Source of the DNA: Candidatus Omnitrophota bacterium
Lineage (GTDB): Bacteria; Omnitrophota; Gorgyraeia; Zapsychrales; Fredricksoniimonadaceae
Assembly: GCA_013285735.1 (NCBI GenBank)
Contig: JABDGZ010000003.1
Coordinates: 19,756 to 83,755 of the forward strand
DNA: 64,000 bases
Direction: 5' to 3'
The notes under the pieces are model-generated. The model had not been told where the DNA came from. It searched no databases and saw only the letters and a program-made list of their open reading frames with translations. Shown piece after piece: positions 28,930 to 37,661 of the stretch. Numbering within the stretch: the first letter of the stretch is position 1; each line of letters begins with the position of its first letter. A program made the translations under genes and the position numbers.

Positions 28930-28944
28930 GAATAATGAGGAAAT

Positions 28945-28969
28945 GTCATTCCCGCGAAAGCGGGAATCC
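28945..28969. repeat. Short GC-rich hairpin element (gtcattcccgcgaaagcgggaatcc)
   Basis: 8-bp stem attcccgc/gcgggaat with a GAAA loop, directly after the upstream stop. A partial inverted copy (tttcgcgggaatgac) lies at 29721-29735. Confidence 0.6.
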
Positions 28970-28980
28970 ACAATACATCA

Positions 28981-29436
28981 ATGAATATTCAACTTCGTAA
29001 TAAGTTAATTTCTATCTTCGTCATCCTGTGGCTGGTTATTTTTTATTATGAATCAACCTGCTATTACTACCTACAGCCATTGTTCAATCGTGAATTGCCC
29101 AGGATGAAATTCCTTTTCCCACCGGCGGGCTGGATCATGTTTTACAACATTGGGGATAATTTCGGGTATACGGAAGTGTATGGTGTTAAAAACGGTAATC
29201 CCCAACTCATTGATCCCCATCAAATCTTACAGACCCGTGCCATCGGCTATGATAATATAAACCGTAACGCCTTAATCACGGTGCTTTCGCCAGGCATGTC
29301 GGATTCATTTTGTCCATTTTTAAAACGCAGATTTCCTTATTTTGAAAAGTTTTTAGTCACCTACGTCGAGTATCCACATCTGACCGAACAGCCTCTGGAG
29401 CGAACACAGACAGTTGTTTACGCATGCGGGGAATAA
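28981..29436 (+). CDS. Membrane-anchored protein of unknown function (151 aa)
   Basis: One N-terminal TM segment. I recognised no motif. Confidence 0.5.
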   Translation: MNIQLRNKLISIFVILWLVIFYYESTCYYYLQPLFNRELPRMKFLFPPAGWIMFYNIGDNFGYTEVYGVKNGNPQLIDPHQILQTRAIGYDNINRNALITVLSPGMSDSFCPFLKRRFPYFEKFLVTYVEYPHLTEQPLERTQTVVYACGE

Positions 29437-29439
29437 GTA

Positions 29440-29538
29440 TTAATGTTTTTGGGGGTGTTGATTTTGGTGTTTTTGTGACCAAAGCATCCATATCCCAAGG
29501 CCGAAGAAAACTACAGCTGTCATTATGATGAGTTCCAT
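29440..29538 (-). CDS. 32-aa hydrophobic micro-protein (MELIIMTAVVFFGLGIWMLWSQKHQNQHPQKH)
   Basis: AAGGAG SD and a TAATG overlap with the upstream 67-aa gene. Same architecture and the same C-terminal KH as 10856-10948. Confidence 0.35.
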   Translation of the reverse strand: MELIIMTAVVFFGLGIWMLWSQKHQNQHPQKH

Positions 29539-29741
29539 TAGCGGACTCCTTTTTTATCTATAAGATAAATGCTCCATAAAATTAAGGCTATGCCCAGTAT
29601 ACCAATAAAAATACGTAGTGGCAAGAATAGCTCTTTGAAGAAGTAGCTGGCAAAACCAATGCTGAGGATATTTTTACCTAGATCGTTAATAGTTTTGGCG
29701 GTAAAATCCCAAGTGCCTTCTTTCGCGGGAATGACATACAA
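29538..29741 (-). CDS. 67-aa small membrane protein (paralog of the frameshifted 10948-11156 copy)
   Basis: TTG start lying inside the hairpin-repeat remnant. GKNILSIGFASYFFKELFLPLRIFIGILGIAL is conserved with the other copy. Confidence 0.45.
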   Translation of the reverse strand: MYVIPAKEGTWDFTAKTINDLGKNILSIGFASYFFKELFLPLRIFIGILGIALILWSIYLIDKKGVR

Positions 29742-29749
29742 AACATATT

Positions 29750-30985
29750 ATGAAAAATATTTGGAATACATTGTTTTTGGAAGAACGGCCGTCTATTGGG
29801 TTGTCGTTTTTTAGGATTTTTGTGGCCTTGACTGTCGGGCTGCATGTGATTCCGTCGTTTTTTCATTTGGATGATAATTATCTCTCCACGGCGTTTAAGA
29901 CATTTAATACTGATTTCTTTCCGCAGGCCTTTGTTAATTGGGTGCAGCAGAGCCCGGACGTTTTGGTTATTTTTTTCGTTTGGGCTTTTGTCATTACCTG
30001 GTTTTGTTTTCTCATCGGATTGTTTTCGCAGATCAGCTGTATTTTAATGACAGTTTGTTGTTATTATTTTTACGCGCTTAATTGTTTTCATATCGGCACC
30101 CTTTCATGGGATATTTTGTTGGTGACGCTTTTTTTGATGTGCGTGACACCGTATCATGGGGATTATTTTTCTCTTGATGCTTTGCGCCGAGGAGATACGG
30201 ATGCCTGGCGGCGAACGCGTCCGTTTTTTATCCAGCGGTTATTACAGCTACAAACAGCATCCACGTTTTTTTTCACCGGCCTTTATAAGATTACCGGGGA
30301 TGGCAATTGGATCACTGGTAATCCCATCTACTATTTGATGAATTATCCTTCAGAAGGGGTGACCAAGCATTTTCTGCTGAAAGAATGGATGGCCGTACAC
30401 CCCACTTTTTGTTATGTGACTGGCCTCATGATTGTGGCGACAGAGTTAACGATGCCGTTTCTGCTTTTTATTCCTAAGACCCGGCGTGCAGCGATTATTC
30501 TTGGATTGTGTTGGCAGATTCTGCTGGTTTTGACCCTGGATGTCCCTACGATCTTTATATTTTTGTTCCCGGCACAGATGCTCCTGTTTATCCATCCGCA
30601 AAAAATTATAGGCTGGATTGTCGCCCGTCGTCGCATTAATGCGAACAGTCCTCGGGCGATCATCATCTACGATGGGGAGTGTGGGTTTTGCCGTTCCAGT
30701 GTCAGGGTCGTACAAGTGATGGATTTGTGGGATAAGCTTGAGTATCTGCCAGGCCCCAAGGGCATGAGTGAGATGCGTCTTAATTTTCCGGACGGAAAAA
30801 CTTTTGGAGGTTTCTTTGCTTTCCGACAGCTTGCATGGCTTTGCCCCATGCTTTATCCGATGATACCAATCGTTTATTTTCCAGGCGCAGGGATTTTAGG
30901 GCCTTTTGTTTATCGATGGGTGGCCCATAACCGTTATTTATTTCCTGTTTTTCATTCCTGTGCCGATGGAAAGTGTCATTTATGA
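29750..30985 (+). CDS. HTTM-domain (vitamin-K-carboxylase-like) membrane protein fused to a DCC1-like thiol-disulfide oxidoreductase domain
   Basis: N-terminal SIGLSFFRIFVALTVGLHV and a polytopic HTTM-like region. C-terminal IIYDGECGFCRSSV (the DUF393/DCC DGxCxxC motif). Confidence 0.7.
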   Translation: MKNIWNTLFLEERPSIGLSFFRIFVALTVGLHVIPSFFHLDDNYLSTAFKTFNTDFFPQAFVNWVQQSPDVLVIFFVWAFVITWFCFLIGLFSQISCILMTVCCYYFYALNCFHIGTLSWDILLVTLFLMCVTPYHGDYFSLDALRRGDTDAWRRTRPFFIQRLLQLQTASTFFFTGLYKITGDGNWITGNPIYYLMNYPSEGVTKHFLLKEWMAVHPTFCYVTGLMIVATELTMPFLLFIPKTRRAAIILGLCWQILLVLTLDVPTIFIFLFPAQMLLFIHPQKIIGWIVARRRINANSPRAIIIYDGECGFCRSSVRVVQVMDLWDKLEYLPGPKGMSEMRLNFPDGKTFGGFFAFRQLAWLCPMLYPMIPIVYFPGAGILGPFVYRWVAHNRYLFPVFHSCADGKCHL

Positions 30986-32094
30986 TTTCCGCATCGAATA
31001 TCCCCAGAGTGATTTGGATCCACACCATTGTGATTATAGCTATCGGGCTTCTTGCTCTTTATAGCGCTTCATTCAATAATGATGTGGTTGGCCTTTCCGT
31101 ATTTTATGATCAGCTTTTTTGCGCCGGGCTTGGGATTTTGTTGATGCTGTTATTAAGTAACGGGGATTACCGCAAATTTTTTGACGTGGCATATATTGTT
31201 TATGGTATTAGCGTGGTTTTTTTAATTTTGGTGCTTGTCATGGGGCGTCAAGCCTTAGGTGCCACACGATGGTTTTCAGTCGCTGGTGTAAGTTTCCAGC
31301 CTTCTGAATTCAGCAAGCTGGCCATTATCTTTTTTTTAGGCCGTTATTTCTCACAGCGTGCTCCTAAATTATCTTTTGATTTTTCCAGTTCCCTGCGTGA
31401 TCTTTGGGCTGATTTGATTTGGCCCCTGATATTGATAGGTATTTCAATGGCCCTTATTTTTAAACAACCGGATTTGGGTACTGCTATTTTAGTGATGGGT
31501 ATTTTTTTAATTATGCTTTTTGCCAGCGGTCTGGCCTTGAGGTTTTTTTGGGCGCTGCTTGGAGTTTTGGCTTTATTGATGCCTGTGGCATGGCACTTTT
31601 TAAAGACGTATCAAAAAGATCGGCTTTTAGTTTTTCTTGATCCCAGCCTTGATCCTTTGGGGGCAGGGTATACGATTACTCAATCAAAGATCGCCGTGGG
31701 TTCTGGCGAGCTTTTTGGCAAGGGCTGGCTTTCCGGTACACAAAATCAATTAAATTTTTTACCGGAAAGGCATACTGATTTTATTTTTTCTGTCATTGGT
31801 GAGGAATGGGGCCTTTTGGGCGGGATTGTGTTGGTCTATTGTTATGGCGTTATCATTTACTGCGGTTTTAAAATTGCCCGGCATAACAAAGATCCTTTTG
31901 GGCAATTGGTGGCTGTTGGTATCGTCAGTATTTTGGCCATGCAGGTGGTGATCAACATCGGCATGGTCATGGGGCTTTTGCCGGTGGTTGGAATTACCTT
32001 ACCGTTAATCAGCTATGGCCGCACCTCTTTTATGGTTTTTGCAATATTGATTGGGTTTTTATTGAATTTGAGTAAAAAACGAACCATTTTTTAA
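30982..32094 (+). CDS. rodA: Rod-shape-determining SEDS protein RodA
   Basis: FtsW/RodA/SpoVE family blocks (QPSEFSKL, TDFIFSVIGEEWG, PLISYGRTS). ATGA overlap start at 30982. Confidence 0.8.
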   Translation: MISASNIPRVIWIHTIVIIAIGLLALYSASFNNDVVGLSVFYDQLFCAGLGILLMLLLSNGDYRKFFDVAYIVYGISVVFLILVLVMGRQALGATRWFSVAGVSFQPSEFSKLAIIFFLGRYFSQRAPKLSFDFSSSLRDLWADLIWPLILIGISMALIFKQPDLGTAILVMGIFLIMLFASGLALRFFWALLGVLALLMPVAWHFLKTYQKDRLLVFLDPSLDPLGAGYTITQSKIAVGSGELFGKGWLSGTQNQLNFLPERHTDFIFSVIGEEWGLLGGIVLVYCYGVIIYCGFKIARHNKDPFGQLVAVGIVSILAMQVVINIGMVMGLLPVVGITLPLISYGRTSFMVFAILIGFLLNLSKKRTIF

Positions 32095-32139
32095 AACCAC
32101 CTCTGGACTTTTTTCTGTGCAATCGGTATAGTATTTGGT

Positions 32140-32589
32140 ATGAAGCATTTCCGTAAAACAGTGAATAAGCAAATAGGTGAAATTTTAGTTGAGCGAGGTG
32201 TTCTTTCAAAGGCTAAACTGGAAGAAGTCCTTGTTTTTCAAAAGGAAAAAGGTGTTTTATTTGGCGAAGCATTAGTCCAGATGAAATTAGCCACTGAAGA
32301 GGACGTGGTACAGGCGTTGACTTGTCAGTATGGATTTCCCTATCTTCCTTTAGCTAATTATGAAATTGGCCCAGACGTGGTCGCGACTGTTCCTGTGAAG
32401 GTATGCAAGCAGTATTGCCTGGTTCCTATTGATAAAATTGGGCGCAGTTTGACCTTGGCCATGGCTAATCCTTTAAATGTCCAGGCCTTGGAAGATGTCG
32501 AGAAGGTTACCGACTGTTCCGTGCAGGCATTTGTCAGTACTGCAACCGAAATTAACAGTGCCATCAATCGTTATTACGAAACGCGCTGA
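32140..32589 (+). CDS. Stand-alone MshEN / T2SSE_N domain protein (149 aa)
   Basis: QIGEILVERGVLSKAKLEEVLVFQ fits the 24-residue MshEN c-di-GMP motif except for its first residue. The rest resembles GspE/PilB N-terminal domains (PLNVQALEDV). Confidence 0.7.
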   Translation: MKHFRKTVNKQIGEILVERGVLSKAKLEEVLVFQKEKGVLFGEALVQMKLATEEDVVQALTCQYGFPYLPLANYEIGPDVVATVPVKVCKQYCLVPIDKIGRSLTLAMANPLNVQALEDVEKVTDCSVQAFVSTATEINSAINRYYETR

Positions 32590-34313
32590 TGCTGCCCACT
32601 CAAGAAACTCTTAAAGAAATCCTTCTGCGGGACCACCTGATAACCCCTGAAGATCTCAACCGGGCCATTCAAGAACAGGAGCGGTCCGGCGGGGAATTAA
32701 GCCGTATTCTTTTGAGGCTTAAGTTGATTGCGGAAGATCAGTTGAGCGTTGTTTTAAGCGAAGCTCTGCAATTGCCTCTGATTAATTTAAATTTGTTCCG
32801 GATTGATCCCTCGCTTTTAAAATTAATCCCTAAAGAAACAGCCGAAAAATCGTTATTGATCCCCATTTCCAAGCTCAATGATCAGCTGACCATTGCCATG
32901 GTTGATCCTTTGGATATATTGACGATCGACAATATCAAAGCCATGACTTCCATGTCGGTCAGTGTTATTTTAGCGCGTCCCCGCGAAATGCGCGCTGCCC
33001 TTGAGCGCAGTTACGCAAACAATAATTCTTCGGACCTCGAGGAGATTTTTCAGGATATTAAAGAAACGAAAGAGGCAGAACGCCTCGAGCTGGTCAAAGA
33101 TCAATCTCAGCCTAATAAACGGGTGGTTGAGAATCTCAGTGAAGAAGCTCCGATCATCACATTGACAAATACGATTATCCAACAAGCGGTGGCGGCCAAG
33201 GCCAGTGATATATTCATCGAGCCTATGGAAAATTGCCTGCGCATCCGTTATCGCGTCGATGGTTTTATCCGGGAAATCGACCGCATGTCCAAGGATCTGC
33301 ATTTTCCCCTGATCTCCCGTGTTAAAGTTATTTCAAGTTTGGATATTGCTGAACACCGTCTTCCTCAAGATGGGAGATTCCGGATCGTGACCGATGATAA
33401 CAAAGAGGTGGATTTTCGCGTCAATGTGCTGCCCACGGCCATGGGGGAAAAAATTGTTTTGCGTATTTTGGATAAGAACCAGGAAATGGCGGATATTGAT
33501 AAGTTGGGCTTTGAACCTGATTCCTTGAGCCGATTAAAAGAGTGCTGCCAGAAACCTCACGGCATGATTTTGGCCTGTGGTCCGACGGGAAGCGGAAAAA
33601 CTACGACCTTATATGCGATCCTAAAATATATCAATTCTCCGGGACGCAATATCGTGACCGTTGAAGATCCGGTGGAATTTCAAATGAAAGATTTTAATCA
33701 GGTTAATATCCGCACGGAGTTTGGCTTGTCCTTTCCTGCGGCTTTGCGTTCTATATTGCGTCAAGACCCGGATGTGATTTTGATCGGTGAGGTGCGGGAT
33801 TCTGAGACCCTGGATATTGCGGTCAAGGCCGCCCTGACCGGGCATTTAGTGGTTTCTTCTTTGCACACTACGACGGGGCCAGGCTCTATTACCCGGATGA
33901 TTAACATGGGGGTAGAACCATTTCTAATCACTTCCTCAGTGGTGGTTATTGTGGCCCAGCGCCTGGTGAGGCGGGTGTGTCAGAAGTGCCGTGAGCCGTA
34001 TACAGTTTCTGACGATGTTATCAAAGAATTTCATCTTAACGAATTAATACCTGATCAAAAGTGGCAGTTCTATAAACCCAAAGGCTGCGATAAATGTTTG
34101 AATACCGGCTATAAGGGACGGGTTGGAATTACCGAAACCTTGGTCTTGAGCAATAAAATTAAAGAATTGATCTTAATTTCAAGTTCTGAGGCCCAGATCA
34201 AGAATGCGGCACGTGCGGACGGCATGAAAACGATGCGCGAAGATGCTGTGATCAAAGCTTCCCAGGGATTGACGACACTCGAAGAAGTGATCCGTTTAAC
34301 AGCACCTGATTAA
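32589..34313 (+). CDS. PilB/GspE-family secretion ATPase 1
   Basis: Walker A GPTGSGKTT, Asp/His boxes, tetracysteine CQKC...CDKC, N-terminal MshEN-like domain. Confidence 0.9.
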   Translation: MLPTQETLKEILLRDHLITPEDLNRAIQEQERSGGELSRILLRLKLIAEDQLSVVLSEALQLPLINLNLFRIDPSLLKLIPKETAEKSLLIPISKLNDQLTIAMVDPLDILTIDNIKAMTSMSVSVILARPREMRAALERSYANNNSSDLEEIFQDIKETKEAERLELVKDQSQPNKRVVENLSEEAPIITLTNTIIQQAVAAKASDIFIEPMENCLRIRYRVDGFIREIDRMSKDLHFPLISRVKVISSLDIAEHRLPQDGRFRIVTDDNKEVDFRVNVLPTAMGEKIVLRILDKNQEMADIDKLGFEPDSLSRLKECCQKPHGMILACGPTGSGKTTTLYAILKYINSPGRNIVTVEDPVEFQMKDFNQVNIRTEFGLSFPAALRSILRQDPDVILIGEVRDSETLDIAVKAALTGHLVVSSLHTTTGPGSITRMINMGVEPFLITSSVVVIVAQRLVRRVCQKCREPYTVSDDVIKEFHLNELIPDQKWQFYKPKGCDKCLNTGYKGRVGITETLVLSNKIKELILISSSEAQIKNAARADGMKTMREDAVIKASQGLTTLEEVIRLTAPD

Positions 34314-34316
34314 TTT

Positions 34317-35981
34317 ATGGATACGACCCAGCAACGCATTTTAAAAACTCTCAAAACTCTGCCGAACATCAATCCGGTGGATGTGGATGCATTGATAGAG
34401 GCCCAGCAAGATAAAAATGTCAATTTAGTCAGGGCCTTGCTCAAGCAGGGGATCATCTCCGAGCAGGATTTGTTGGTTCTTTTGATGCGTGAGTTGCACG
34501 TGCCTTCCATTGACCTGACCCAATACCGTTTTGATGAACGTCTTAAAAGCATTATTGGAGAAAAGACGGCGCGCCAGTATCTGGTAATGCCCTTATCAAT
34601 GCTAGGGCAAACCCTGACAATAGCGATGGCTGATCCCTTAAATGTATTTATCCTGGATGATTTGCGTAATCTGACAGGTAAGGACATTGAGATGGTGATT
34701 GCGACCGAAAGTCAGATCCTGCGTGGTATTGACCAATTTTACAATTCATCTTCTACGGGCCTGGCTGATTTTGGTTCGAATGTGCAAACTGAACAGGATG
34801 AGGCGTTGGCCGTGGAAGAAGCGCCGGTTATCCGCATTGTTAATTTGGTTATCAAGGAAGCATTGCGTCAAAGGGCGTCTGACATTCATATTGAACCGCA
34901 AGAGTTGGGGATGCGTGTGCGGTTTCGTATCGACGGTATATTGCAGGATATATTAACCATCCCCAAGGAAAGTAAAAATGCCGTTGGCGTGCGCATTAAG
35001 CTCATGGCAAATTTGGATATCACTAACACCCAGACCCCGCAGGACGGCCGTTTTAAAATGAAGGTGGGAAAACAGGAAGTGGATTTCCGGGTATCGATGC
35101 TGCCGACGACCTTTGGCCAGAAAATCGTCATGCGTGTGCTTGATAAGAATAATCTTTCAGTGGGCTTATCCAAGTTAGGGTTTTCCAAAGAGGCGATGAC
35201 TGTTTTAGAAGCGTCTATTTATAAACCTTACGGGATGATCCTGGTGACAGGCCCCACCGGCAGCGGTAAATCAACAACCTTGTATTCTTTGATCAGTAAA
35301 TTAAATACACCGGAGCGGAACATCATCACCATTGAAGAACCAGTGGAATATTTAGTGGATGGCCTGACTCAAATTGAAGTAAAATCAGATATCGGGCTTA
35401 ATTTTGCGACGGGCTTACGTGCAGTTTTGCGTCAGTCACCGGATGTGGTGATGGTGGGCGAAATCCGGGACGCGGAAACGGCGGACATTGCGATTAAAGC
35501 TTCCCTGACAGGTCAGTTGGTCCTTTCAACCTTGCATACGAATAGCGCGGCAGGTGCGGTGACCCGTTTGGTGGACATGGGCCTTGAGCCTTTTTTAGTG
35601 GCCTCCAGCCTCGTTTTAGTTTGTGCCCAGCGGTTGTGCCGGCGCATTTGTGATTCTTGCAAAAAACCGATGGATATCAATCCGGACATGTTGCAAAAGA
35701 TACAGCATAGGCTTAAACCCGGTACGGTTTTATATGAAGGCAAGGGTTGTGAGCGTTGCCGGGGCACTGGGTATAAAGGCCGTGTGGGTGTGACGGAAGT
35801 CCTGCAAATAGACGATAATATCCGTGATATGCTTCTTAAAAGAAAAACGTCCATGGACATAACCCGCTACGCCCAGAAAAATCAAGGGATGAAATTGCTT
35901 TTTGATGATGTCGTTGATAAAATGATTGCAGGAGAGACTACACTGACAGAAGTCTTTCGCGTGGCTTCTGAAGATGAATAG
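34317..35981 (+). CDS. PilB/GspE-family secretion ATPase 2
   Basis: Walker A GPTGSGKST, tetracysteine CDSC...CERC, N-terminal MshEN-like domain. Paralog of the upstream gene. Confidence 0.9.
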   Translation: MDTTQQRILKTLKTLPNINPVDVDALIEAQQDKNVNLVRALLKQGIISEQDLLVLLMRELHVPSIDLTQYRFDERLKSIIGEKTARQYLVMPLSMLGQTLTIAMADPLNVFILDDLRNLTGKDIEMVIATESQILRGIDQFYNSSSTGLADFGSNVQTEQDEALAVEEAPVIRIVNLVIKEALRQRASDIHIEPQELGMRVRFRIDGILQDILTIPKESKNAVGVRIKLMANLDITNTQTPQDGRFKMKVGKQEVDFRVSMLPTTFGQKIVMRVLDKNNLSVGLSKLGFSKEAMTVLEASIYKPYGMILVTGPTGSGKSTTLYSLISKLNTPERNIITIEEPVEYLVDGLTQIEVKSDIGLNFATGLRAVLRQSPDVVMVGEIRDAETADIAIKASLTGQLVLSTLHTNSAAGAVTRLVDMGLEPFLVASSLVLVCAQRLCRRICDSCKKPMDINPDMLQKIQHRLKPGTVLYEGKGCERCRGTGYKGRVGVTEVLQIDDNIRDMLLKRKTSMDITRYAQKNQGMKLLFDDVVDKMIAGETTLTEVFRVASEDE

Positions 35982-36002
35982 CTTAGCTCAAGGAGAATTG
36001 AC

Positions 36003-36431
36003 ATGGATGCTTATAAAGTTTTGTTAGGAGAAATTTTAATTCAACGTAAAAAAATTACCCGCGAGCAGCTGGACGCAGCTTTGAGTACTCAGAAGGAAAA
36101 AGGCGGATTTCTTGGTGAAATCCTTGTTAACTTAGGGCTTTTGGATGAACGGGATATTGTCGTGGCCTTAGTCGTGCAGTGCGGTTTGCCATACATCGCC
36201 GTCAATAAATACACCATTGACCCCGAGATCGTGCGTTTGATCCCTAAGGAAGTTGCCCAAAAAGAAAAAGTAATTGCTTTAGACCGCATCGGCGAGATTT
36301 TAAGTGTGGTGATGATTAATCCTTTGACGGATGACAAGAAATCTTATTTAGAATCACTGACCAAATGCCGTATCGCTACCTTTATTTCGACTAAATCAGA
36401 AATTGAAGAAGCCATTGCGCGTAATTATTAA
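36003..36431 (+). CDS. Stand-alone MshEN / T2SSE_N domain protein (142 aa)
   Basis: LLGEILIQRKKITREQLDAALSTQ is a partial MshEN motif. Paralog of 32140-32589. Confidence 0.7.
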   Translation: MDAYKVLLGEILIQRKKITREQLDAALSTQKEKGGFLGEILVNLGLLDERDIVVALVVQCGLPYIAVNKYTIDPEIVRLIPKEVAQKEKVIALDRIGEILSVVMINPLTDDKKSYLESLTKCRIATFISTKSEIEEAIARNY

Positions 36432-36439
36432 AAGGATCC

Positions 36440-37657
36440 ATGCCCACCTATAAATATACCGCCCGCGACCAGGAAGGCAAAAGTGTTGATGGCAGGATTT
36501 CCGCGGACAATGAAGCAATGATCGTTGCTGAACTGCGTAAACGTGACCTGATTATTTTAAGCATTGCGGAAGAAAAAGAATCGGTTTTTAAGAAATCAAG
36601 CACTAAGCCTAAAGCTACCAAAAAAGTCAAACCCGAAGATTTGGTTATTTTTACCCGTCAGTTTGCCACCATGGTTGATGCGGGGATACCTATTTTACAA
36701 TCTTTGGAAGCGTTGAGCGAACAAACCGCTAATCCCAATTTTAAAGCAGCCCTTGTTACCATCCGCGAAGATATACAGACAGGCAGCAGCCTTTCTGACG
36801 CATTTGAAAAGCATTCTAAGATATTTGATCAGTTGTATGTAAATATGATTCGGGTCGGTGAAAGCGGTGGCATGCTCACGGATATTCTTGAGCGGGTGGC
36901 TTCGTATTTGGAAAAAAGCGAGCGACTCCGTCAGAAGGTGCAGGGAGCCCTGATTTATCCGGCGGTGGTTGTGAGCATGGCCGCCATGATCACGGTTGGA
37001 TTGCTCGTTAAGGTTGTCCCTACCTTTGCCCAGATTTATTCATCACTGGGGCAAAAATTACCAGCCATGACCCAGATGCTGATTGATTTTAGTAATTTAC
37101 TTCAACACGATTTGCTATTTCTGGTAGCTGGCGGTTTCGCTATTGTATTTCTTTTTAATTGGTACAAAAAAACACCTGCCGGCCATATCCAGGTGGACAC
37201 CTTGCTTTTAAGGATGCCCGTATTTGGAGAATTGATTTGTAAAGTTTCGGTGAGCCGCTTCTGCCGGACCTTTTCCACCTTAAGCCAAAGCGGAGTGCCT
37301 ATTTTAGAATCTTTAGATATTGTCGGAAGAACTTGTGGTAACAGGGTGATCGAAATTCTGGTCGATGACATCAAGACCAGCGTCAAGGAAGGGAATAGCA
37401 TTGCTGATCCTTTGTCTAAAAGTACTATTTTTCCTCTGATGGTCACCCGGATGATCGCCATCGGGGAGAAGTCTGGCCAATTGGATAAAATGTTATCCAA
37501 GGTAGCTGAATTTTATGATGAGCAGGTGGATGTGGCCGTTGAGGGTTTAACTAAATTAATTGAACCTTTGATTATCGGGTTTTTGGGAATCGTGGTTGGC
37601 TTTATCGTCATCGCCTTGTTCATGCCAATTTTAAACATGACATCAGCGATGAAATAA
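36440..37657 (+). CDS. PilC/GspF-family platform protein
   Basis: Two T2SSF repeats (FTRQFATMVDAGIPILQSL and FCRTFSTLSQSGVPILESL) and three TM segments. Confidence 0.9.
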   Translation: MPTYKYTARDQEGKSVDGRISADNEAMIVAELRKRDLIILSIAEEKESVFKKSSTKPKATKKVKPEDLVIFTRQFATMVDAGIPILQSLEALSEQTANPNFKAALVTIREDIQTGSSLSDAFEKHSKIFDQLYVNMIRVGESGGMLTDILERVASYLEKSERLRQKVQGALIYPAVVVSMAAMITVGLLVKVVPTFAQIYSSLGQKLPAMTQMLIDFSNLLQHDLLFLVAGGFAIVFLFNWYKKTPAGHIQVDTLLLRMPVFGELICKVSVSRFCRTFSTLSQSGVPILESLDIVGRTCGNRVIEILVDDIKTSVKEGNSIADPLSKSTIFPLMVTRMIAIGEKSGQLDKMLSKVAEFYDEQVDVAVEGLTKLIEPLIIGFLGIVVGFIVIALFMPILNMTSAMK

Positions 37658-37661
37658 AATA

